Source of the DNA: a bacterium
Lineage (GTDB): Bacteria > SZUA-182 > DTGQ01 > JAFGSM01
Length of the DNA: 64,000 nucleotides
Assembly (NCBI GenBank): GCA_049472335.1
Contig: JBLIRO010000002.1
Location: forward strand, 64,001-128,000
Reading direction: 5' to 3'
Position numbers and translations under genes: made by a program. The notes beneath the pieces were generated by a model. The model was not told the origin of the DNA, did no database searches, and saw only the letters and a list, made by a program, of their open reading frames with translations. Positions 22,745-34,000 of this stretch are shown piece by piece; the first letter of the stretch is position 1, and every line of letters begins with the position of its first letter.

Positions 22745-24277
22745 TCAACGCCTTATTTCATATCCGTCATCCAGAATCTGGGTAATTTCCTGCAAGCGTT
22801 TTTTACTCTGAACTGTTTGAGGAGATCTTAAGAGGTCACCCTTTTCGCTGTTGAGTCTTATCCTGTCACCGTGCCTGAGTATATAAACATTTTCAATATT
22901 GGCCAGTAGATCACCTGGTATTTCAATTTGAGCAATCTCATATTTATCAGTAAGAGGCTCTTGTTTGATCTTAGTTAGGAACAGTTGTGCCAGTCTCTCT
23001 GCTTGAGATGAATTTTTTGATTTAAAGATATCCAAAAGTTCATTTCTCATCTCTGCCCTGAGTAATATGGAATTTTGTACGGATTTTAAGTCCTTTGGTA
23101 TATAAGATTTTAGCAAGGCACTCTCTTCGGCAGGGGCTAAAGGCGGAGGAGATGTTTCTGGCGCGGGGGGGGGCACAGGAACAGGCGGCGGCGGTGGAAT
23201 TATCTTCGGATATTCAGGCACGACGGTTTTTGGGGGCACTGCCGCGACCTTTACAGGCTTCTCCAATAGTCCTTTTATAAAGGGTTTGGTCTCGTATCTT
23301 GCACTCACTTTGGCGGCCTTCACTTCTTCGCTAACTGTCGTTTCCGTTATCACCTCTTTAGGCGGCTCCTCTTTAGCGGGCGGGGCCTCTTTGCTGCTTG
23401 CCAGGTCCATCTTTGCTTTAGTCAGCCATGTTTTAACCTCTCTTGCATCACGGCTGTTTTGGGGTTCATATTTTAGAAATTCTTCATAATATTGAATGGC
23501 TTTTTCATTATTATTTAGATCGAAGTCGTAGGTCTTGGCAATGTTATAAAGAGCATCCGTATAATCCGGTTTTAACTCAATGGCCTTAAGATATTCTCTA
23601 ACGGCCATTTGATATTTTCCTTCTCCGCTGTAAAGATTTCCCCGGTTTTTATAAGTCAGGGCCTTGTTATATATCGCCTCTTTTGAATCCTCTGCTTCTT
23701 CCCGAGGCTTTTCCAGTTGTTTTTCAGGCACTGGAACACCCGGGAAAGGAACCGGGGGAGAAGGAGGAGCAGTGACAGGAGGCGTAGGAACTGTAGCTAC
23801 CTTTTCCTGAGGGGTTTCAGGTAACGGGGCCACAGATGGCTCTGGTGGAAGCGGAGCAGGGGAAACGACTGGTTTTGTCTGATCTGCCTTTGCCACAATC
23901 GAGATTGGTTGAGGTTTTATGCCGTGTTTGCTTTCTATTCCATCCATCCAGTCTTGTATCGATTTTGCATCTGGTGAATCGGGCTCCAATTCCAAAAATT
24001 TTTGGAAATAGTTTGCAGCCTGTTGATAATCCTTTAGATCATGATAATACGTAACTCCTATGTTGTAGTAAGCATCCACATAATCGGGATAAATCTTTAT
24101 GGCCTCTTCGTATGCCTTTACGGCCTTTTCGAATTCTCCTTTTTCACAATAATCGTTCCCCATACGATTGAGAATTTCGGCATCTTGCGGAACTTGTGCA
24201 AAGGATGCTGAAGTTATAAAAATCAACAAAACAACGAATGTACAAATTAAGCCTTTGAGATCATGTCCCCTAAACAT
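22745..24277 (-). CDS. Secreted TPR protein with Pro-rich linkers
   Basis: Signal peptide (ASFA|Q); two TPR clusters (AYYNIG; ALYNIA) each followed by a Pro-rich tract. Confidence 0.85.
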   Translation of the reverse strand: MFRGHDLKGLICTFVVLLIFITSASFAQVPQDAEILNRMGNDYCEKGEFEKAVKAYEEAIKIYPDYVDAYYNIGVTYYHDLKDYQQAANYFQKFLELEPDSPDAKSIQDWMDGIESKHGIKPQPISIVAKADQTKPVVSPAPLPPEPSVAPLPETPQEKVATVPTPPVTAPPSPPVPFPGVPVPEKQLEKPREEAEDSKEAIYNKALTYKNRGNLYSGEGKYQMAVREYLKAIELKPDYTDALYNIAKTYDFDLNNNEKAIQYYEEFLKYEPQNSRDAREVKTWLTKAKMDLASSKEAPPAKEEPPKEVITETTVSEEVKAAKVSARYETKPFIKGLLEKPVKVAAVPPKTVVPEYPKIIPPPPPVPVPPPAPETSPPPLAPAEESALLKSYIPKDLKSVQNSILLRAEMRNELLDIFKSKNSSQAERLAQLFLTKIKQEPLTDKYEIAQIEIPGDLLANIENVYILRHGDRIRLNSEKGDLLRSPQTVQSKKRLQEITQILDDGYEIRR

Positions 24278-24541
24278 TATCTTGATCCCCTTTCTATAAA
24301 ACTTTCAAATGGTAAAATATTTATTTTTGAGGTTTGTTCGATTATTATATAAACACGTTAATATTGAAAGAGATAATATCACTCTATCATACCATCTCAA
24401 AGGATGTCAAGATGCTCTTATTATTGATTAAATGAGAAAAAACAGTATGCTAAGGGAATGATAACAAACAAATTAAAAGAATTTTATCAAAGAGGCCTTT
24501 ATGTTTTTTTTGAGTCGTATATAATATCTTTTCTGATAAAG

Positions 24542-24574
24542 ATCACTCAAGATCCCACCGGGATATTGAGTGAT
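24542..24574. promoter_or_regulatory. Near-perfect palindrome upstream of hypB
   Basis: ATCACTCAA-g-ATCCC-acc-GGGAT-a-TTGAGTGAT, about 78 nt before the hypB start. Confidence 0.45.
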
Positions 24575-24651
24575 TACCGGTAAAACCCTTTAGATGTTAA
24601 AAGTAAAAAGGAGCTGCGGCTCTTATAAATATTCTCAAAGGAGAGATATAT

Positions 24652-25314
24652 ATGAAGAAGATCCCGGTAGTAAAAAACATCCTTAAAGCAAACCAGCAGA
24701 TTGCAAATGAAAACAGGCAGCTTTTTGTGGAAAAAGGTATTTATGTTATGAATTTAATGAGCTCCCCGGGGGCAGGCAAGACCTCATTGTTAGAGTGCTC
24801 TTTAAGCTATCTGAAGGATAGATACCGTATAGCAGTGATTGAGGGGGATATCCAGGATACTTGTGATAGCGATCGAATTGCCGCTTTAGATATTCCGGCT
24901 GTTCAGATTAACACAGGAGGCGCCTGTCATCTTGACGCGACAATGATACTTCAGGCACTTCCTTCTTTAGACCTCGACAACCTCGATATTCTGATTATTG
25001 AAAATGTTGGAAATCTTGTTTGTCCGGCGGAATTTGACGTTGGTGAAAATGATAAAATAATGATTTTGAGTGTCTCGGAAGGAGATGACAAGCCTCATAA
25101 ATATCCTCTGATGTTTTCCATATCTTCCGTCCTTCTTATCAATAAGATTGATCTGCTCCCCTATGTCAACTTTAATATGAAAATGGCAAGGGAAACAGTC
25201 AAGAAATTACATCCTGATATTGAGATATTTGACATATCATGCAGAAACGGGACCGGTTTGGATGTCTGGTATGATTGGCTGATAAGAAGGGCGGAAGCCG
25301 TAAGGAGCAGTTGA
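24652..25314 (+). CDS. hypB: Hydrogenase nickel-incorporation GTPase
   Basis: SSPGAGKT, IEGD, GGACHLD, ENVGNLVCPA, EGDDKP.KYP, NKID. Confidence 0.95.
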   Translation: MKKIPVVKNILKANQQIANENRQLFVEKGIYVMNLMSSPGAGKTSLLECSLSYLKDRYRIAVIEGDIQDTCDSDRIAALDIPAVQINTGGACHLDATMILQALPSLDLDNLDILIIENVGNLVCPAEFDVGENDKIMILSVSEGDDKPHKYPLMFSISSVLLINKIDLLPYVNFNMKMARETVKKLHPDIEIFDISCRNGTGLDVWYDWLIRRAEAVRSS

Positions 25315-25318
25315 AGTT

Positions 25319-27658
25319 TTGGACAGAACATTACATAGAGATATGCATATTAGAAAAAGGATATGTATCAAAGGTGTGGTGCAGGGGATTGGATTTCGTC
25401 CTTTTATTTATCGCTTGGCAAATGAAAAGGATTTAAAGGGGGTGGTGTTCAATACGGAACAGGGTATAACAATAGAGGTGGAAGGAGAGGAGAACAATAT
25501 CGATCAGTTTTTGACAGATCTGCAAAAAAAACCACCGCCGCTTGCAGAGATTATTGATTTTAACGTTTCTACAATCTCTCCGCAGGGAGAAAAGACGTTC
25601 CTGATCAAGGAAAGTTTGAACGGCATCGAGCCAAGGGTTCTTATTCCTCCGGATCTTGCCATTTGCCCTGATTGCATAAAGGAGTTATTGGATCCTTCCG
25701 ACAGACGTTATAGATATCCCTTCATAAATTGTACTCAGTGCGGACCTCGCCTGACAATCATCAAAAAGGTCCCATATGACAGGGAACATACATCCATGTC
25801 TTCTTTTGACATGTGTGAGGAATGCAAAGGGGAATTTTATGATCCGGTCAGCAGGCGTTTTCATGCTCAGCCTAATGCGTGCTCCCGTTGCGGGCCTCAT
25901 GTATGGTTGTCCGATTCGCAAGGGAATCATATTGCGACGGATGAACCAATAAAACATGCCGCAAGGTTGATTAAAGAAGGGGCAATTCTGGGTATCAAAG
26001 GGTTGGGCGGATTTCATCTGGCAGCGGATGCGACCAATGAGGATGCAGTTGGAGAACTTAGGCGCAGAAAAGCCAGGGAAGGAAAGCCTTTTGCCATAAT
26101 GTCCGAAGACCTGGAAACGATAAGGTTATATGCAGAATTTTCGGATGATGAGGCCGCCTTGCTTAAGGGGGCCGTCCATCCTATTGTCCTGCTAGGAAAA
26201 AAGACAAATAATCCGATCGCCCCTTCTGTTGCCTCCAATCAACGAAGTTTTGGTATCATGCTTCCTTACACACCTCTGCACGTGTTACTGCTTAATGAGG
26301 GATTCGTTGCCCTCGTGATGACCAGCGGGAACCTGTCAGACGAACCTATTGCCATTAAAAACCAGGAGGCAATGGAATCTCTTTCAGGAATCGCAGATTA
26401 TTTTCTGTTTCATAACAGAGAGATACTTGTACGCTGTGATGATTCGGTAGTTATGCCAAATAAATCCGAGCCCATAATTATCAGGCGTTCACGCGGTTAT
26501 GCCCCTCTCCCGATCCATTTGGCCCGCTCCTTTGATCCCGTTTTGGCCCTTGGGGGTCAAATGAAAAATACGATTTGCGTTATCCGGGAGAAACAGGCAT
26601 TTTTAAGCCAGCATGTGGGGGATCTGGACGAGCCTGAAGCCAGACGATTTTTTTGGGAATCCTTTAAGCAGGTGCAGGAGATTGCCGGTGTCTCACCAGG
26701 GATTGTGGCGCATGACCTCCATCCGGATTACTATACAACAAAAATTATAGAGGATATGCAGGACAAGATATGTTATGCCGTCCAGCACCATCATGCACAC
26801 CTGGTGAGTTGTATGGCTGATAATGGACTGACAGGCCATGTAATTGGCTTGATCTTTGATGGCACGGGATATGGAACTGATGGTTCCATATGGGGCGGAG
26901 AGGTGCTGGTAGGTAATGAAGTCTCCTTTAACAGAGCGGTCCATTTATCTCCCTTCCCCCTTCCCGGAGGTGAAGCCGCGATTCTGAATCCCTGGCGGAT
27001 TGCAGTTGGATTATTGTATCAATCCTTTGGACAGGACTGGTATCATGTCCTTTCCAGATTGCTCGGCCGCATTTTACCTAAGAATGATTTAAATGAAAAC
27101 AAATTATCACTGATAAACGATGCGATAACTAAAAAGATTAATACACCTTCAACATCGAGTATGGGGCGTTTGTTCGATGCCGTTTCTGCGCTGCTCGGAT
27201 TTCACGGGAGGATATCCTATGAAGGGCAACCCGCCATTGAACTGGAATATTTTGCCTCTTTATGTGAGTCTCCCGAGGCCTATCCGGCTGAGATTTCTCA
27301 GGAGGTCTTACCCTGGAGAATGGAGGTTAATCCCATTATCTATAAGATTGTAAGCGACATTCATAATAAGGTGCCAAAAGAGATAATAAGCCGTAAGTTT
27401 CACAATACGGTCATTTGCATGGCATGTGAGGCGGCAAGATTGTGCAGCAGAAATTTTTCTTTGAATCGGGTTGTATTAAGCGGAGGTTGTTTTCAAAATC
27501 GCCTGCTTCTTGAAGGCATTTTCTCCACGCTTGAAAGAGACGGTATCCAGGTTTATACGCATAAACAAGTTCCGACAAATGACGGGGGGCTTTCACTGGG
27601 CCAGGCTGTTTGCGCCGGTGAGTTTTATAAAAGCGCTTCTTCCGGAGAAAGTAATTGA
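25319..27658 (+). CDS. hypF: Carbamoyltransferase HypF
   Basis: GVVQGIGFRP acylphosphatase domain, CxxC zinc fingers, KGLGGFHL, QHHHAH, NDGGLSLGQ; start may be ATG 25343. Confidence 0.95.
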   Translation: MDRTLHRDMHIRKRICIKGVVQGIGFRPFIYRLANEKDLKGVVFNTEQGITIEVEGEENNIDQFLTDLQKKPPPLAEIIDFNVSTISPQGEKTFLIKESLNGIEPRVLIPPDLAICPDCIKELLDPSDRRYRYPFINCTQCGPRLTIIKKVPYDREHTSMSSFDMCEECKGEFYDPVSRRFHAQPNACSRCGPHVWLSDSQGNHIATDEPIKHAARLIKEGAILGIKGLGGFHLAADATNEDAVGELRRRKAREGKPFAIMSEDLETIRLYAEFSDDEAALLKGAVHPIVLLGKKTNNPIAPSVASNQRSFGIMLPYTPLHVLLLNEGFVALVMTSGNLSDEPIAIKNQEAMESLSGIADYFLFHNREILVRCDDSVVMPNKSEPIIIRRSRGYAPLPIHLARSFDPVLALGGQMKNTICVIREKQAFLSQHVGDLDEPEARRFFWESFKQVQEIAGVSPGIVAHDLHPDYYTTKIIEDMQDKICYAVQHHHAHLVSCMADNGLTGHVIGLIFDGTGYGTDGSIWGGEVLVGNEVSFNRAVHLSPFPLPGGEAAILNPWRIAVGLLYQSFGQDWYHVLSRLLGRILPKNDLNENKLSLINDAITKKINTPSTSSMGRLFDAVSALLGFHGRISYEGQPAIELEYFASLCESPEAYPAEISQEVLPWRMEVNPIIYKIVSDIHNKVPKEIISRKFHNTVICMACEAARLCSRNFSLNRVVLSGGCFQNRLLLEGIFSTLERDGIQVYTHKQVPTNDGGLSLGQAVCAGEFYKSASSGESN

Positions 27659-27723
27659 AGTAATAGTATCTCTTATATAACATTATGCATATTCCCTGAC
27701 AAAATTTTCAGATTTCTCCCTGA

Positions 27724-27751
27724 TTGACAAAACATAATCCTTTGGTATACT
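27724..27751 (+). promoter_or_regulatory. Sigma70-like promoter
   Basis: TTGACA-N16-TATACT with an extended -10 TG, pointing into the long leader of the PEP-CTERM gene. Confidence 0.5.
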
Positions 27752-28069
27752 TTTTAGTAAGACAATACCTGAATTTATAGGGATTTTGTTTAAACATTTT
27801 ATTTGTTAAAAGAATCAGAAATTCGTTAAATATTATGATTAAATTGTGGATGACTTCAAGACATCTCACAGTTTCGTGGGGAAGAGCCATTCCAGTCTTT
27901 TTTGGGTGGTCCCACCTAAAAGGCCCATTGAATCCTTTAATAAAAACAACTCAGCAAGTTCATGCAGCTTAAGAGATACCTCTATTTTTTTATTGGATAT
28001 GATTTTAAATAATGCACGGTTGTGGTTTTAAAAGTATATTTGTCTTAATGTAATTATGATAAATTCATG

Positions 28070-28175
28070 AAAAAGTCATTTCGTCTTCTCCGAACCTTTT
28101 TTGAAGGTCCTAGAGCTTGCTTCGCTGGGCTAAGGGCCTTTAAAAAATGCCAATGACTCCTTCAATGGCTTTTTT
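28070..28175. repeat. Nested inverted-repeat element (~105 bp)
   Basis: AAAAAGTCATT...AATGGCTTTTT ends enclose TTTTTTGAAGGTCCT...AGGGCCTTTAAAAAA. Confidence 0.5.
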
Positions 28176-28606
28176 ACGATCTTATAAATTATAAATTTAT
28201 AGATAGATTATACTGAGTTTGCTTTTGTATTTAAGAGCTATAAGTTGTATCAAATTAAACCTTAAAAAACATTTTTACTGAAGGAGTTGATGCCTATCGG
28301 ATTAATGTTTTAATGACTCTCTATTAATATAATTTAAAAGCATATTGGAGGTGCAAAAAATAAAAAACTATTGATGCTTTATGAAATTTTACAATAGACT
28401 AGTGCCTTGGATAGGGAAATAAAGGTCTTTTTAAGGATTGATTATTTCATCATCTTACACCTCAAAGCGTATTGGAACGAAGTTAATAAGAGAGAGTTCA
28501 GTTCAGACATTGCATACAAAAAAGGTGGATGTGGTTTTTATTTTAATAAATTGAGTAAAAAACACTATTTGAAACAGATTTTTATTTATGATGGTAGGGG
28601 GGTATT

Positions 28607-29221
28607 ATGTTTAAAAGAAGTTTTGTTTGTTTGGGTTTGTTTTTTGTCATATCACTTTTTATTATCAATTCTGCCTATGCTCTTTCTATTAGTTTTTTTG
28701 AAAAAGATCAAACAGTTCAACTAGAGAGTAATGCAACTGTTGATATAGTAATGGATTTGTCAGAATATAGTGGATTACTATCCGGGTATACCCTTGCAAT
28801 CGAATATGATAATACAATTTTATCAATCAAGGAAGATAATATCAGCTTTAATCCGAAATTGGGAGGGGAAGCTTTACCGGTCAATGTCAATCTCAATGGT
28901 AGTTTTGGGATAATTGATTTGGATTGGTCTGCAAATATGGACATAATTAATATTAGCTCAGAAACAGAACCAGAACCTTTTGTTTTAGCTACATTAAATT
29001 TTGATACAGTAGGTTTGGGTAAAAGTGGGTTGATGTTTGATTCCATGTCTTTGTATGATGATTTTGGTGACGCTTTTGCTGATAGTAGTAATATAGATGA
29101 TATAACCAGCCCTGGTTCAATTACTGTTTGTGCCAATCAGTCCATTCCTGAACCCGCTGCCTTCTTTTTATTTGGTACTTTATTGGTTGGATTCTGTTTT
29201 TTTAAAAGAAAAGAAACTTGA
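28607..29221 (+). CDS. Cohesin-like domain protein with PEP-CTERM sorting signal
   Basis: Signal peptide (SAYA|L), cohesin-like motifs (GY.L.IEYD..IL; LATLNFD..G.G.S.L.F), C-terminal IPEPAAFFLFGTLLVG..KRK. Confidence 0.85.
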   Translation: MFKRSFVCLGLFFVISLFIINSAYALSISFFEKDQTVQLESNATVDIVMDLSEYSGLLSGYTLAIEYDNTILSIKEDNISFNPKLGGEALPVNVNLNGSFGIIDLDWSANMDIINISSETEPEPFVLATLNFDTVGLGKSGLMFDSMSLYDDFGDAFADSSNIDDITSPGSITVCANQSIPEPAAFFLFGTLLVGFCFFKRKET

Positions 29222-29309
29222 TAATTATTAAGCACGATTTAAAGAGTGAGCAAGTTCTATAAAGATAAAGGCTGCTAAATAAAAAATTTAGACAAATTAA
29301 TTAAGGTTT

Positions 29310-29357
29310 CAAGCAGGCAGGATATTTATTAAATGTTTCTGCCTGCTTGGGCTTTTT
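29310..29357. terminator. Terminator between the convergent PEP-CTERM gene and hypE
   Basis: CAAGCAGGCAGGATATTT-att-AAATGTTTCTGCCTGCTTG long stem, T-run shortly after. Confidence 0.7.
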
Positions 29358-29404
29358 AATTATTAAAAGTTTTAAATAAATACAACCAGTTTATATCTCA
29401 GTGA

Positions 29405-30412
29405 TTAACAGATCCTGGGAAGGATCTCTCCTGCCGGGCGGTCGAGCACGCGTTTTCCCCCGATGACTGTATTGAGAATAACCTCTCCTCTTGAATCTTC
29501 TCCAACCTGTCCGATGATAGAGGCCTCTTTACCCAACGGGTGCGAACGGATGGAATTCATTACCTCATTTGTATCATCAGGGGCAACGATAGCAAGCATT
29601 TTTCCTTCATTAGCCACATACATGGGATCAATACCCAGGATTTCACATGCACCAAGCACCTGGGGGCGGACCGGTATCGCTTCCTCATCGATATGGAACG
29701 TCTTTTTTGATTTTTCGGCTAATTCATTCAACACGGAAGCGATTCCCCCTCTGGTAGGGTCTCTCATGCAATGAATGTTTGGAGATACGTTTAAGATGCC
29801 CTCTACCATTTTATTTAAATAGGCAACATCCGAATATATCCCTCCTGAGAAACCCAGCCCTTCTCTTTTACTCATGACCGCCATACCGTGATCTCCTATT
29901 GTTCCGCTCAGTATGATCTTGTCCCCGGTCTGCGCGTTCATTCCGGAGACATTCCCTGAATACTCAACCACCCCTATCCCTGTCGAATTGATAAATATCT
30001 TGTCGCCCTTGCCTTTGGGCACTACCTTTGTGTCACCCGTAACAATACTCACCCCGGCTTCTTTTGCGGTATTTGCCATTGAAGAAATGATTCGATCCAG
30101 GTCTTCTATTAAAAATCCTTCTTCGATAATCACTCCCACGCTTAAAAATAAGGGCTTTCCCCCGCACATTGCAAGATCGTTAATGGTCCCGCATACGGCC
30201 AGTTTTCCAATATCGCCTCCGGGAAAAAAGATCGGATCGACTACATAGGTATCTGTGGACATGCAAAGACGTTGGCTATTGATATTAAATATCGCCCCGT
30301 CATCCAGCGCGCCTAAAATGGGATTTAGAAAAGAGGCCAGGAAATGGTCTTCAAGCAATTTCTGAGAAAGCATGCCGCCACTGCCATGAGCAAGTAATAT
30401 CTTATTATTCAT
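29405..30412 (-). CDS. hypE: Hydrogenase maturation carbamoyl dehydratase
   Basis: LAHGSGG, FFPGGDIGKLAVCGT.ND, TGDTKVV, RDPTRGG, C-terminal PRIC. Confidence 0.96.
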   Translation of the reverse strand: MNNKILLAHGSGGMLSQKLLEDHFLASFLNPILGALDDGAIFNINSQRLCMSTDTYVVDPIFFPGGDIGKLAVCGTINDLAMCGGKPLFLSVGVIIEEGFLIEDLDRIISSMANTAKEAGVSIVTGDTKVVPKGKGDKIFINSTGIGVVEYSGNVSGMNAQTGDKIILSGTIGDHGMAVMSKREGLGFSGGIYSDVAYLNKMVEGILNVSPNIHCMRDPTRGGIASVLNELAEKSKKTFHIDEEAIPVRPQVLGACEILGIDPMYVANEGKMLAIVAPDDTNEVMNSIRSHPLGKEASIIGQVGEDSRGEVILNTVIGGKRVLDRPAGEILPRIC

Positions 30413-30721
30413 GGTATTTGCCTTTCAATAAAAAGAATTGTATTAATAAAACTGTCTTAAGGTTTTTCAGTCCTTCAGGATGCCTTTAAATACTTTTCAT
30501 ATTTTATAACATAATTGTCTGCAGAATTATAGATTGAATTTTTAATAGATACATGATATTGTTGAGCCGTCAATCATTTTTTAATGCGTATTTATAAAAT
30601 TGAAAAAACATATATTTGTAAAAAAATAGAATGTTACATAAATTTAAATTTGTTATCATAAAATAAACATAAGATAACATCCTGTAATTATTGCTAAACA
30701 AACATCTGTTAGATTACTTAA

Positions 30722-30751
30722 TTGACAAAAACAAGGTGTTTTTATTATAAT
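30722..30751 (+). promoter_or_regulatory. Sigma70 consensus promoter of the fdn operon
   Basis: TTGACA-N18-TATAAT about 300 nt upstream of fdnG. Confidence 0.6.
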
Positions 30752-31049
30752 TTATAGATAGAAAAATATGAAAAAACTGGTTGATTTTTTAAAAGGCAGA
30801 TATTATGTTTTTAAATTCGACCTTGATATCAAATCTCCATTATCATTCCCAAAAAAACTTCCAACACCCTCACGCCTTTTTTGGTCGAGAGATTCTTTTG
30901 TCAAATCCATTCCCGATTCGTGAAATCCAGAAGGGGGGGTATTATCGAATATTTTTATTTTAGGTATTTGAGCAGGATTTAATTTTTTCCCCTGATTCCG
31001 ATCTTGTTTTTCAGATCTACAGGTTTAAAGAAGGAGGTGTTTATTCAAT

Positions 31050-34000
31050 ATGGAGCTTAGCAGAAGAGATTTTTTAAAGATCTCTGGGGCGAGCACGGCC
31101 GGTCTGGCATTAAAGGAGCTGGGATTTGATGCTGCCTCGGCATACGCTGCGGTCGCTCCTCTGAGGATAACCTATGCCAAGGAGACTACAACTATTTGTC
31201 CTTACTGTGCCGTTGGTTGCGGAATAATTATCCACTCAGTGAATGGCAAGGTGGTCTATACGGAAGGAGACCCCGATCATCCTGTGAACAGTGGTTCCTT
31301 ATGCAGCAAAGGAAGCTCGGTTTATCAATTATCCGCAAACAATCCGGCAAGGGCAAAAAAACCTTTGTATCGAGCCCCTAACAGCAGTGAATGGAAAGAG
31401 GTCTCCTGGGACTCGGCCCTGGACAAGATAGCTGAGAGGATCTACCAGACCAGGGAGAAGACCTTTATATCAGAGAATACCAAGGGGCAGACGGTAAACC
31501 GCACTGATGCCATGGCGTCTGTGGGCAGTGCTGCCATGGATAATGAGGAGTGCTATATTTATCGAAAATTTCTCACAGCCCTTGGACTTGTCTATATTGA
31601 ACATCAGGCCCGTATCTGACACTCCGCGACTGTAGCGGCTCTGGCAGAGTCGTTTGGTAGAGGCGCCATGACCAATCATTGGACAGATCTCGAAAATGCG
31701 GATGTTGTTTTGGTCATGGGAAGCAATGCAGCGGAGAATCACCCTATTTCATTTAAATGGGTTACCAAGGCAAAGGAAAAGGGCGCAACCCTTATCAGTG
31801 TTGACCCCAGATTCACAAGGACTTCCGCCAAGGCGGATGTATATGCCCCCATTAGATCAGGGGCGGATATCGCCTTTCTTGGGGGAATGATCAATTATAT
31901 CATCGAGAATAAGCTCTATTTTGAAAAATATGTAAGATTATACACCAATGCCTCCTTTATCCTTAACCCCGACTTCAAGCTTCCCGGAGACAACGAAGGT
32001 GTTTTCTCCGGGTACGATCGGAATGCCCGGAAGTATGATAAATCTACATGGTCATTCCAGAAGGATGAAAAGGGGCTCATAAGGAAGGACCCCAAGCTTG
32101 AAGATCCTCTTTGCGTGTTCCAGCAACTTAAAAGACACTTTTCAAGATACAGTGTCGACATCGTTTCCAAGATCACGGGTACACCCGAAAACCTGCTTCT
32201 TAAGGTATATAAAGCCTATGCATCAACAGGCAATCCCGGAAAGGCCGGGACGATTATGTATGCCATGGGCTGGACCCAGCATACGGTTGGTACTCAGAAC
32301 ATCCGCACCATGGCAATTATCCAGTTGCTTCTTGGAAATATGGGGGTGGCGGGCGGAGGCGTGAATGCCCTGCGTGGAGAATCCAATGTGCAGGGTTCCA
32401 CAGACCATTGCCTCCTTTTCCATATCCTTCCCGGATATCTTAAAACGCCCATGGCTTCCCAGTTGACCCTGAAGGATTACAATGACCAGAGCACCCCGAA
32501 GACTGCGGACCCAAAGAGCGCCAACTGGTGGGGCAACTATCCCAAATACTCGGTGAGTTTGTTGAAGGCATTCTTTGGGGACAGTGCAACGGCTGCAAAT
32601 GATTTTGGTTATGCATGGCTGCCTAAGCTGGATGATGGAGTCAATTACTCATGGTTGTCCCTTTTTGATCAAATGGATAAGGGTAACATAGAGGGTTTTT
32701 TTGCATGGGGACAGAATCCCGCCTGTAGCGGGGCTAATGCAGGGAAGGTCAGAAGGGCCATGGGTCAACTGGACTGGATGGTGAATGTCAATCTCTTTGA
32801 TAATGAGACAGGCTCTTTCTGGAAGGGGCCCGATATGAATCCGTCAGAGATAAAAACCGAGGTCTTTTTTCTCCCTTGCGCGGGATTCTTTGAGAAAGAG
32901 GGAAGTATCACCAATAGCGGCAGATGGATGCAGTGGCGCTACAAGGCAGTTGATTCCGTGGGTGATTCCCTGCCGGATGGGGAGATTATGAGTGAGCTGG
33001 TCCATAGGGTTAAAAAGCTGGTGAAGGAGAAGGGAAGTAAATTCCCGGATCCGATCCTCAACATGACCTGGGACTATGGCCCCAAAAAATCGGATGGGTC
33101 TTTGCTTCACCTTGACACACATGCTGTAGCAAAGGAGATCAATGGATACTTTTTGGAGGATAAGGTTATAAACGGCGAGACCTTTAAGAAGGGCACGCTT
33201 GTTCCCAGCTTTGCCTTTCTCCAGGAAGACGGTTCCACTTCTTCTGGAAACTGGCTTTATTGCAACAGTTACACGGAGAAGGGAAACATGGCGGCTCGCA
33301 GGAATAACAAGGATGAAAGCGGCATCGGTCTTTATTCCGAATGGGCCTGGTGCTGGCCAGTGAACAGAAGGATTATCTATAACCGGGCCTCTGTTGATGA
33401 AAACGGACAGCCCTGGGACAAGGTACATCCAGTCATATACTGGAACGGGAGCAAATGGGTCGGCGATGTCCCGGACGGGGGATGGCCGCCGCTGGTTAAT
33501 GACGCAAAGACACGTTATGCCTTTATTATGAAACCAGAAGGATATGCCCATATCTTTGGCCCCGGGCTTGCCGAAGGACCCTTTCCGGAGCATTATGAAC
33601 CCCTGGAATGTCCGGTCGAGAAAAACCTCATCCCCGGAAATAAAGAGAGGATAAGTCCCACAGTCAAATTGTTCAGCAAGGAGGGCGAAGGAGCGGGAGA
33701 GGATGTTTTCAAGACATGTGATCCAAGGTATCCTCTTATTTGTTCAACATACCGGGTTTCAGAGCACTGGCAGACAGGTCTTATGACCCGTTGGCAGCCA
33801 TGGCTGGCAGAGCTGCAGCCTGATATGTTTGTGGAAATGAGCAAGGAATTGGCAAATGACCGGGGTATAAGTAATGGCGACATGTGTATTGTGAAATCTG
33901 CACGTGGCGAAGTCGAGGCAGTAGCCATTGTTACTGATCGGCTCAAACCATTTATTATTAATGACCAAACGGTTCATCAGGTCGGCATACCCTGGCATTA

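Noticed and set aside
27850..28180. c-di-GMP, c-di-AMP or Moco riboswitch call
   Set aside because: I could not find the conserved motifs of these classes by eye; reported only as unknown structure.
28407..28724. 105-aa ORF overlapping the PEP-CTERM gene start
   Set aside because: Out-of-frame overlap with a better-supported gene; TTG start without a clear RBS.
31050..31667. fdnG as a pseudogene or two separate genes
   Set aside because: The TGA is in frame at the conserved Sec position and is followed by a SECIS-like hairpin.
32844..33946. 249-aa and 117-aa minus-strand ORFs
   Set aside because: Antisense to fdnG with no recognisable motifs.
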